From Ophelia neglecta (taxonomy: Eukaryota): DNA of 64,000 nucleotides. A model generated the notes under the pieces. It was not told the origin of the DNA. It made no database searches and saw only the letters and a program-made list of their open reading frames with translations. The stretch covers positions 14,384,001-14,448,000 of the forward strand of contig OZ260667.1 in NCBI GenBank assembly GCA_965285935.1, written 5' to 3'. Made by a program: the position numbers and the translations under genes. Each line of letters starts with the position of its first letter. Position 1 is the first letter of the stretch. Shown piece by piece: positions 39,040 to 49,670 of the stretch.

Positions 39040-39890
39040 CAATGGTAAAGAGAAATAAATGCATTAAGGCGAGCAAGGAGCAAGCGACAGGATAATGTAA
39101 AAGCCATCGGAGTGCCTCCGTGAACAAACACTGAAAATAACAGATAATTTACAAGTTCAGACAGGACCAAGAAAGGCGAATAATGGAGCTGCGAATAAGA
39201 AACTGGGAAAGACTCATGCACATAATTATAATGATGAAGATAGAAGATTAAGAGCGTGTAGCGCCATTCAAACAGTATACCTAGCAATAGGACAGAGAAT
39301 GCTTAATTGATCGTCCAGGGCCGCTCATCGCCAGGTGTCATTAATTGGGATAATTATTGGCTTTACTATGCGTATTGATATCTGATATTATTACAGAGGA
39401 TTTCGATTTCCCCACTACTATAGTGTTAAGAGAGATTTGGCACAGCTGTCGAGGACAATTATCTCTGATCAACTACAATAAAACATGAATCATCTTTGAT
39501 CGGATAATTTATAATCTACATGTGGATTTTCGACATAAATAAAGGCTTTAACTAAAATCTAAAGATGTACGCCGGAGGATATACATTTTCTTAGGGTGTA
39601 TATATAGCTGTCGTCCCTTTGATAAACCGCGTAGGCAAGGCAACGAGATATAATTGTCTGGAATAAACGTGCATGTTTCTAATTTGAAATATACTTGAAG
39701 GACATTAAAAGACGTGTTGTTAAGGCGGGATGAGCGGCCACAGACTTGAACCTGCTCTATCTAAAAGTAGTTATAGGGCAATTTTAGGTGACTTCACACA
39801 AGAGAAGAGATGGAAGCATTATTTTCAATACAGACACAAGGTGTAGGTGTTATATAAGCTGACCGGCATGGCCAATCCGACCACACTTAC

Positions 39891-40400
39891 CTTGGCGGCA
39901 GCCGAGGAGTAAGGCTCGTCGAAGAGGGCCCAGACTTTGGGCCGGACTTTTTGCCAACAGGACAATTCTCCCGCCTGAAACTCTTCCTCCAAGCCGAATT
40001 TCTTCATGATTTCTTCCTCCGTTGGTTTGTCCGTGTCAAGGTCAAGGCGGTCGAGAATCTGTAGCGTCTCCTGAGTGTCTCTATGAGTAGTATACGTCAT
40101 CCAACAGCACGGCTCTACCTGATTTGCGTCCAAACCCCAAAACTCTAGTTCCTCTTCGAAGAGTGGTCCGCAAACATCGGTCGGATAATGCAGTTTGCCC
40201 GTGCGATAGTAGTTTAGTATCTGAGCGAAGACACCCGGATGGCGGTCAAAGAAGTACTCATTTAACACAGGGTCGTAGTTTGCCAGGGCCTCGGTCAGAC
40301 GACTGAGGCGCGTGGCGGGTATCTTCTTCAACGTGGCTTTGTAAGTCTCGTGTCTAATCCCGCCAACATTGAGAATAACGCGATTCTCGGCGTCCGACAT
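39891..40400 (-). CDS. Shaw: Shaw/Kv3 (KCNC) voltage-gated K+ channel, first coding exon (T1/BTB tetramerisation domain, 170 codons)
   Basis: Translates [35 protein letters not shown]...[50 protein letters not shown]...[14 protein letters not shown], closely matching invertebrate Shaw. The T1 Zn motif H-x5-C-x20-CC is present. The start context is CACCATGT. It ends at the donor AAG|GTAAGT (GT at 39890-39889), phase 0. Confidence 0.97.
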
Positions 40401-40487
40401 GGTGAAATCACTTCCGCTTTTGGATCGGGTGTCACTACAAATGTGTTCCGGTCAATATTATGGAATTATTTGAAATCACCATCAGCT
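40401..40487 (-). other. 5'UTR part of the ATG-containing exon (candidate acceptor before 40487)
   Basis: tttcaatttgctctactttag|AGCTGATGG. An in-frame TGA upstream of the ATG supports 40400 as the start. Confidence 0.5.
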
Positions 40488-41047
40488 CTAAAGTAGAGCA
40501 AATTGAAACTAATAAAGAACTTTCGGGAGTCACAATAATATCAAGTGTTCCTTACGCTCACAAGTAGAAGGCAACTATGTGCAGTCAATATGCGCTAGAG
40601 CAGAGTCGACTTGAGTCTATCAGAAAAGCTGAAATTCGGCCTCCTTTGTGTCTTGGAGTCTAACTAGTATAGGACTAATTCAACCTTGAAATGGCTTCGG
40701 ACGATTATGGGTGGTGTTCGTAATTTGGTAATCCATTTAGTAACATTCATACACCGTTGGGGGGTTGCACCCCCTTGGCCTCACCTTTTTGTCGTATCCC
40801 GTGGCTTACATACTCGGTGCTTGTTGTCTCGGGCCGATTGTATTATATGTGTCGGCAGGTGGTCGGGTATATCACAGGGCCGACCGTGCCGCTGGGGAGA
40901 GAGGGATCCCCTCAACCTCGTCCGCGGGATCTCCCGTCATCCCCGCCCTCCCCGCGGAAGTCCCTAGGGAAAGCTTGAGCCCGGACGGTTTCTATCATTG
41001 AACACACATCTATAGGTGGGTCCTCCGACCATCTGCCTCCTACTCAC

Positions 41048-41094
41048 TGGGCTCCCTCGCCTAGCACGCCGCTACCACTCGTCTGCTGCCATAT
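41048..41094 (-). other. Candidate 47-nt non-coding 5'UTR exon (or the 5' end of a longer exon running to the ATG)
   Basis: Acceptor gttggtttccttggcttttcag|ATATGG and donor CCCA|GTGAGT. Confidence 0.45.
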
Positions 41095-42086
41095 CTGAAA
41101 AGCCAAGGAAACCAACATGAATTTCAAACGTTAGTATACTCCGCGCTTCCATTGGGCGTACATACAATGGCCAGAGCTATTGTTTACTACGCCGGGGTTA
41201 CTGCTGCCCGCCTCTTAGCTAAGGCACCGTGACATAATTTATGATGAGCATGAGCAACGACGGAGGAAGAGAACAGCACATATGTTAACTTGTACAAGGA
41301 ACTGTATATGAAGTAGAGGATAATTTGTCTTGTTCTGACGCCGCAGTGGGCGAAGTGACCGCCTGCTTCAGGCCGCGGCTCTGCAGGTAAAACGGCAGCT
41401 TTATCTTGTTTATGTGACGGCGCCGTACACCCAGGAGTCAACAATGGCTGCTAACATGGCCACAGCTGCCTCCCAGCAGCTATAAAGGCTAATTATCTGA
41501 CAGCATTAATAAACAAAACCAGCATACGACAACAAAGGCATAGAATAAAACATAACAAAGGCAGGCCAACGACACCAGCAGTCGGCGGTTTAAGGCAGGC
41601 TGCAGTTGGCTGAATCTATTCAGATAAAACTAGGCGTCTGCTCGGACATTCTACCCTTCAGCGTGAAGAACTACAAATCACTACCCATTTCCAGTGAGTT
41701 GCGACAAACCTTGGGTAGGCCTACATTTCTGCTACAAGTCGACTTATACACATTACCAGATTACGGCACGCCGCCATTAGCACATATATAGGAAGAACAC
41801 GTTGACGCCATGGGCCTTTGATATTAGGCCTATTTGTTCGTTAAACAGGTAGGCGCCAACTAACAGTAGGCCCGACAACTGGGCCTGTACTATAATAAAG
41901 GCCTAAGCGTTATGATGTATCTAGTGTTTCCCACGATTTCCGACGCCTGGTGGCGGTGATTTCCCGCTAGCCAACATATCGTATGTAAGCCACTAAGTGT
42001 TACCGGCCTTTAAGCCACCATCTGGCGGCCCAGTCTGCCTGCAGCCTCCCGAGGAGAGAAGCAGTACCGCCCCTCCTGGCCCTTAC

Positions 42087-42620
42087 CTCCTACCTACACG
42101 GCCCGATCACCTTCTCTCACCCGTTCCTTCACTTTCCAACACGGAACGCCACTTTTACCTCAAAGATTCTCATCCTGGAAACATTTTTCCTGCGTTCATT
42201 GTCATTTTTACAACCAAACGTCGTCGTTCGCGTCCAATGTCGCCATCTTTTCTGCCTCAGCATAGCGCTCAATACAGCCTGTTTCTGCGCAGTCGCTGCA
42301 CGCATAAATTATTAAAGTGTATTCTGATTTCACTGTTCGGATTGCATTAGCGCGGTAGTGGGCTGGGGCGGGCTGAGAGATCGATAGCTCGGAGCGCTGA
42401 GCTTAGTGGCAGGTGCGGGCCGAGTAGAGGACAAGGGGACGAGGGAGCGGGGTCGGACAGAGAGCGGGACAGGCGGAGGGGAGGCGGGTGAGTGGGTCTC
42501 GGCAAGCGCCACCCCTCCTGACAGCCCCCTACCTTCTCTCGTCATCCGGCTGGCCCAGGGCCCTTATTTTCCCGGGCTAGGCAGGGGATGATGGATGATC
42601 GGCGCCAGATAATAATAGCA
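42087..42620 (-). promoter_or_regulatory. Putative GC/CpG-rich promoter and first non-coding exon of Shaw
   Basis: GC-rich island at 42340-42620 with a GC box (GGGGCGGG, about 42365) and a CT-rich tract on the minus strand. A YY1-like AAGATGGCG sits at about 42241-42249 (minus). Downstream donors are GAG|GTAAAA (42158), CGG|GTGAGA (about 42120) and GAG|GTAAGG (42086). Confidence 0.4.
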
Positions 42621-42747
42621 AGACGCCAATATACAGAACAGACGGCGGACTAAGGGTGATACCCGGCGTGGGCGGAAAGGTTAAAAAGGGGCTTAATCTA
42701 AGGAGCTCTACCAGGCGGTACCCGGAAGAGGACGGGCTGCTAAAAAG

Positions 42748-43875
42748 ACTACTCTCCTGTACATGTACCTGGGGTTCATGGGGTTCTCTACCGCTACTCT
42801 CCTGTACATGTACCTGGGGTTCATGGGGTTCTCTACCACTACTCTCCTGTACATGTACCTGGGGTTCACGGGGTTCTCTACCCCTACTCTCCTGTACATG
42901 TACCTGGGGTTCATGGGGTTCTCTACCACTACTCTCCTGTACATGTACTTGGGGTTCATGGGGTTCTCTACCCCTACTCTCCTGTACATGTACCTGGGGT
43001 TCATGGGGTTCTCTACCACTACTCTCCTGAACATGTACTTGGGGTTCATGGGGTTCTCTACCCCTACTCTCCTGTACATGTACCTGGGGTTCATGGGGTT
43101 CTCTACCACTACTCTCCTGTACATGTACCTGGGGTTCACGGGGTTCTCTACCCCTACTCTCCTGTACATGTACCTGGGGTTCATGGGGTTCTCTACCACT
43201 ACTCTCCTGTACATGTACTTGGGGTTCATGGGGTTCTCTACCCCTACTCTCCTGTACATGTACCTGGGGTTCATGGGGTTCTCTACCACTACTCTCCGGT
43301 ACACATACCTGGGGTTCATGGGGTTCCCTACCGCTACTCTCCTGTACATGTACCTGGGGTTCATGGGGTTCTCTACCGCTACTCTCCTGTACATGTACCT
43401 GGGGTTCATGGGGTTCTCTACCACTACTCTCCGGTACACATACCTGGGGTTCATGGGGTTCCCTACCGCTACTCTCCTGTACATGTACCTGGGGTTCATG
43501 GGGTTCCCTACCACTACTCTCCTGTACATGTACCTGGGGTTCATGGGGTTCTCTACCGCTACTCTCCTGTACATGTACCTGGGGTTCATGGGGTTCTCTA
43601 CCCCTACTCTCCTGTACATGTACCTGGGGTTCATGGGGTTCTCTACCACTAGTCTCCTGTACATGTACCTGGGATTCATGGGGCTCTCTACCACTACTCT
43701 CCTGTACATGTACCTGGGGTTCATGGGGTTCTCTACCGCTACTCTCCTGTACACATACCTGGGGTTCATGGGGTTCTCTACCACTACTCTCCTGTACACA
43801 TACCTGGGGTTCATGGGGTTCTCCACCGCTACTCTCCTGTACATGTACCTGGGGTTCTCACGGGGTTCTCTACCC
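42748..43875. repeat. 45-bp minisatellite, about 25 copies
   Basis: Unit ACTCTCCTGTACATGTACCTGGGGTTCATGGGGTTCTCTACCACT. Confidence 0.98.
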
Positions 43876-46278
43876 TCCCTCTCTTTTTAAGTCATGTCCG
43901 GCCATGTGGTGCTTGCATGTGAAAGATTGTATTGCCTTTCACTGACCTCGTGTTCGTTCATGCTCTTTACAATTCTATAGTTTGAAAGGCTTTTATATAC
44001 ATATAGCTAACAATATATATAAGGCTAACAATACCTATCAGTTACCGATACAAACGTGCTGCTCGATACGACTGACGTCAACAAAGGCATTAAATTGCAT
44101 CGAATATAGATGAAAACCAGATAGCTGACATTATCTTACGTGGCTACCGCCGCTCAATTGATTTCTCGGGTTCCGCCACATGTCTTTTCTCTGCTTGGAC
44201 ATTACAAATACACGTATAACGTTTAGGAAGCATTCGAGCTGTAGCCAGTCTCTTCCAAATACATCCATGCTCATATCTTTAGTTTCATTGAATGTCTGTA
44301 TTTGGAAATTCGTACAAAATAAGTAATTAGAAGCAGCTTCCAATTAAAATAGTCTGGCAGAACGCATTTCATAGTAAAAAATCCACAAGTTACGCTTTTA
44401 TTATCAATTGAAAATATATCTAGTTCTCACCTGCTCGACTTTGGTAAGTTTGTTTCCTTTAAAGAGAAGACCGAAAATATCTAGAGACCTTGTTTTCAAC
44501 AGTGAAAAATAACTGATTCTCCCCACCCGTGACCTTTTCATACCATCAAAATTGACAAAGCATTCAACCAACTTAGCGCAGCCTTTTTTATAGGCAAAGA
44601 AGTGACTAAAACAGTCATTTAGAAAATGTCACAGAAAAAACAGACAAAAGAAAATTGTGATGGCAATACTATAGAATAAGAGCTCGGAATGTTGAGTTGA
44701 GAAGGGGCATACCACTCCCGAGAAGTTAGAAGCACGGCATTGACTCATGGGTGGGATATTAGTAAGGGAACTAATTGCACTTCCGTTAACATCGATTGTA
44801 CTCAGTCAGGAATCTAAAAATAGAGGCGGTCGAGCTGTGTCAATAGAGAAGAGGCCATCCCAGCTGTGCCAGACCCTCACCCAGCCCCCTCCCTCCCCCT
44901 CTGCCAATATTCCACACTGCCTCCCATTAATTTCATCTTCCAATCGTCCATTTAAACCGCGCTGAGATCACGTCATGCAAAAAGGCAATTTGGCTAGCGG
45001 CATTTAAACGGAGTACCGTGTACGGCGCCCCGGAAGGCTACAATTTAAATCGGCGAATGAGGTCACGGAGTTGAGCGTACTTGAAGCCCGGTCCTCATGC
45101 TACATGTATTTGGCGTGTCACCTAGGGCGTGTGCAATATTACCAACCAAGCTACAGGAAAGCCGGCCTTTTCATGCCAAACCAAGGAAAACCAACATCGC
45201 CTTGTCTGAAATTAACCTCTGCGGCCGGCGGCAGTGAAGCATGCACTCTAGGGGAAAGCAGGTAGAAAATTCTCTATTCGAAAGAGAATGTTTTTGCGGC
45301 TACTCGAAAGAGATAAATGCGAGGGACTGCCTAACTTGTTTAGTGCATTTAACGATATAAAATAACTATCCCAATATATTTACTAAAGCCAGAGTGCTAG
45401 TTTCATAATCTGGCGAGATTTATTAGTGACCAATAAAACTACCGTACTTAATTGTGCGTGATCAGGGTCTTATCAGATTTGTTATACATTTATGAACGCC
45501 CAGTTTTCCACATGGCCTGTTCATTTCTCCCTCGGGGAGCGGTTAGAAATATAATATCTATTATTGAATAGTCATTACCAGGGCTTTAACTTTGATCATA
45601 TCGATGCATTGTGTCTGAGATTTTGGATCACGTGCCCGTCAGCCAGATAGTAAGAGTGAGGAAGATACAATTGGCTAACAAGCACCATTCCATACACACT
45701 ATTCATTATACCCTCAGTAATAACGGTCCTTCACTGGTTTTATAGGATCCAAACGGGTCACAAGAGATGTAAGGAAGGTAGATGTACGAAACGTTTAGAT
45801 GTACCAAGCACCGTTATATAATTATTGCCACCTTCTTCTACCACATTGACTAATAGAATATTGCCCTAAAGTTGGAGGGTAGACACAACAAATTGCCATA
45901 GAGTTTAGCAGGGTAATCACACCTATACATTCCGGATCTCGGACTTGTGGTCCCCTTTTCCAAGCTGGCGGGTAGACGCAAGCAATGACACGGTAGACTC
46001 TGAGTGTTGAGATCTCGGATGTTTTTCCTCTAAATCATTGACTGGAGATACCGCGTTGCAGAGGCAGCTGGACACACGGAAGTCCCGGACTGATAATCAG
46101 GGTGATTACCGGGATATTAACGCCACAGCACCAGATATCACAGCTAAGAACCACCACCACCAATCCCAAAAGTTGGCACAGTCCGAGGTTAGATCATTTT
46201 CCAGGACATTTACTGTGCTCTTGCCAATAAACTGCAATGATGATCGAGCTATGCTGTTTAGTCAATTATCTATTCCAA

Positions 46279-47456
46279 CCAATGACATTACGAGGTCAAT
46301 CCATGCTGTATGGTATCAGCTCACACGTGTCTGGCCACCGATGACATTACGAGGTCAATCCATGCTGTATGATATCAGCTCACACGTGTCTGGCCATGGA
46401 TGACATTACGAGGTCAATCCATGCTGTATGGTATTAGCTCACACGTGTCTGCCCACCGATGACATTACGAGGTCAATCCATGCTGTATGGTATTAGCTCA
46501 CACGTGTCTGGCCACCGATGACATTACGAGGTCAATCCATGCTGTATGGTATCAGCTCACACGTGTCTGGCCACCGATGACATTACGAGGTCAATCCATG
46601 CTGTAAGGTACCAGCTCACACGTGTCTGGCCACCGATGACATTACGAGGTCAATCCATACTGTAAGGTACTAGCTCACACGTGTCTGCCCACCGATGACA
46701 TTACGAGGTCAATCCATGCTGTATGGTATCAGCTCACACGTGTCTGCCCACCGATGACATTACGAGGTCAATCCATGCTGTATGGTATCAGCTCACACGT
46801 GTCTGCCCACCGATGACATTACGAGGTCAATCCATGATGTATGGTATTAGCTCACACGTGTCTGCCCACCGATGACATTACGAGGTCAATCCATGCTGTA
46901 TGGTATCAGCTCACACGTGTCTGGCCACCGATGACATTACGAGGTCAATCCATGCTGTAAGGTACTAGCTCACACGTGTCTTCCCACCAATGACATTACG
47001 AGGTCAATCCATGCTGTATGGTATCAGCTCACACGTGTCTGGCCACCGATGACATTACGAGGTCAATCCATGCTGTAAGGTACCAGCTCACACGTGTCTG
47101 GCCACCGATGACATTACGAGGTCAATCCATGCTGTAAGGTACCAGCTCACACGTGTCTGGCCACCGATGACATTACGAGGTCAATCCATGCTGTATGGTA
47201 TCAGCTCACACGTGTCTGGCCACCGATGACATTACGAGGTCAATCCATGCTGTATGGTATTAGCTCACACGAGTCTGCCCACCGATGACATTACGAGGTC
47301 AATCCATGCTGTATGGTATCAGCTCACACGTGTCTGGCCACCGATGACATTACGAGGTCAATCCATGCTGTATGGTATTAGCTCACACGAGTCTGCCCAC
47401 CGATGACATTACGAGGTCAATCCATACTGTATGGTTTTAGCTCACACGTGTGTGCC
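46279..47456. repeat. 59-bp minisatellite, about 20 copies
   Basis: Unit GATGACATTACGAGGTCAATCCATGCTGTATGGTATCAGCTCACACGTGTCTGGCCACC. Confidence 0.98.
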
Positions 47457-48128
47457 ATCTGAACTTATACATAAACTCAGCCAAATGGTTGAAACTACTT
47501 ATTTCCATCTTTATTTATATGTTTTTACCTATAGATTATTTAAGTTCATTTGCATGCGAGAATTATATCAATATCCTTACTGAGGTAAATATCGTTAATA
47601 AAGAGAAAATCGAGCAAATATTCTAATCCATGACTGTAATTATTTTATGGTTGCCTCCATTATGTGATCTTAACAAATTTCCATTAAATTAATCATATTA
47701 TTCTTGATATGCCTTGGGCTGATCAGAGTATTATTACATTAATTCATCGCTCTCATGCCGCTTATTTCAACGTTTTTGAATACTGTAATGTCAAATGCTA
47801 ATTCAAGTTATAATTTGCATACAATTATGTTCTACAAATATCGGGCGTATTTATCCCATAAACTCCAATTGGCTTAGTTACTCGGCGACTTCCTGGGATA
47901 TGGTCTGCCAGCATGATAAATCCGATAAAAAACCTCCTACATGCTTCAAAAATAGTCCCGTATTGACAATTATATAGTTTCGGAAACAAAACAGATGAAC
48001 CTACGACAAATATGCATAATTACGAGACAGTTATGACGCATGGGGATCAATCTGTTACTGCATAAATCTAAATCTTATAAATGGATCTTGGCTTGGGCGA
48101 TATTCAGGGGTCCGCATGCTTGCTGAGG

Positions 48129-48207
48129 GTGTGTGATGGGTTTCCCCTCCCTGAAGGGGGTCTTAGGCTTCCAGACCCCCTTCAGGGAGGAGACACCCAT
48201 CACACAC
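48129..48207. repeat. 35-bp inverted repeat with a 9-nt spacer, inside a MITE-like remnant (about 48080-48296)
   Basis: GTGTGTGATGGGTTTCCCCTCCCTGAAGGGGGTCT / AGACCCCCTTCAGGGAGGAGACACCCATCACACAC, 2 mismatches. Confidence 0.85.
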
Positions 48208-49564
48208 ACTCCAGAGGCGACCTTGAGCGACATGTGGCAAGGAAAGGAAGTAAAATAAGGGCGGGACCCTGACCGCCCCCTCTAAAACCGCCCTTGAATT
48301 AAACCAATACATACAGCACACGAGTCGATGTTTATTTACATATGCCGTGTTGCATAAGGTAAGCTATCGGATATGTTGTTTAAGTAGTATATCTAAAGAG
48401 AAATTCGCTCTAAAACATCGCTCGTAAATGTATAACTGTCACAGTCTGATTGTTGTTCATGATGTATAACGGCCTAATACACTATACAGAGCCATGAGAA
48501 AACATAAAACGCTCTTTTGGTTTCATTGATATGCATGTATTTTGAATAATTAATAGTCTCTCGGTGCTTCATGCCTGCATAATCTGGCCTACGTGCACTG
48601 AAGGCACTTGCTGGATCAATGACAATTGAAATGAGAATATAACATATGCTTTCGAGGGCTGATATTATTATACATGATATAACATTATGTTTGCATACAT
48701 ATTTTATGTTTTTGCCCTGAATTGTAAACATTGTGTAGAGTAACATAATTATGGCGCCATTAGAAGATCTATACAGGGGAAAGTAAACGAAATGGGTATT
48801 TAGGAAGCCATTCCATCTTGCGTTGCTACTAATTTTGGAGACTTGTGTTGGTCATACGAGTCCCGAGGCTGTGTAAAGAAACCTGCTTAGAAGCTTGCAT
48901 ACCCCCAACGGACCATGTTATTCGGCTTCCAAGGCGCTGACAAACAATCTCCTATCCGATTACCTATATTCGTCAGCCTCCGTCTGCCTTTCCCTATCGA
49001 CTTGGCGCTGCCGGCAGTGAATGGGCTATTGATTAAACGCGGAGGTGCGGAGGCCATGCGGAGGCCATGCGGAGGCGGAGGTCATGGGTATCTCTGAGTG
49101 GCAACAAGCAAACGATCGTCAGCAATGCTAGGGCTGTGGCTAGGGCTAAGTTTAAAAGTTAGGGTAAGGATCGGGTTATGCATTTTGTTGTGTCCTAACC
49201 TCTGTAAGACTTCATGCCTCCGCTGTCTACAAAAGACAATGACCGTGTCGTCTGGTAATGAATAACCCAATAACTATGAGAGTTCCAGACGAGTGAAAAT
49301 ATCAAATTTAGTGCTTAATGAAAATAACATCGCCTGGAGGATCCATGAGCTTCTGAAGACTACTCACGTGGATGGATACAATATTAAGCATAGCGGTATG
49401 GGAGGTGCTCCGCAGCGGCATGAGGGGTGAAGCATTACGGCATTGGGGGGAGGACGGGGGTGCGTGGAAGAGGGCGGAGGATAAAGGTGTCAGGGCGGTG
49501 CATAGCAGCACCAGGACTTGAGGTCGGCTTGGGGCGGGAATCAGGTAAGGCGAACATAGCTAAG

Positions 49565-49670
49565 GGGCATCAGAGGCGGGGCATAGCGGCATCAGGGGCG
49601 GGGCATAGCGGCATCAGGGGTGGGGCATAGCGGCATCAGGGGCGGGGCATAGCGGCATCAGGGGCGGGGC
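49565..49670. repeat. 22-bp G-rich tandem repeat (about 4.5 copies; degenerate copies across about 49410-49825)
   Basis: Unit GGGGCATAGCGGCATCAGGGGC, period 22 (49581, 49603, 49625, 49647). Confidence 0.9.

Larger units (their letters stand above)
11999..39890 (-). other. 27.9-kb phase-0 GT-AG intron of the Shaw gene
   Basis: GTAAGT at 39890 and TTGCAG ending at 11999. Joining gives [10 protein letters not shown]|IVAVMSVFF, the expected T1-S1 junction. Confidence 0.92.

Noticed and set aside
39825-39890. ORF-track extension [21 protein letters not shown] after exon A
   Set aside because: This is read-through past a consensus AAG|GTAAGT donor. A T1-only product is unsupported.
42656-43890. 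375-378-aa repeat ORFs (MYLGFMGFSTTTLLY / MYRRVVVENPMNPRY)
   Set aside because: These are translations of the 45-bp minisatellite on both strands, with no unique flanking coding sequence.
46279-47456. Regular repeats superficially resembling a CRISPR array (also the 44-, 42- and 45-bp arrays)
   Set aside because: Units are head-to-tail with no unique spacers, there are no cas genes, and the context is a eukaryotic spliced gene.
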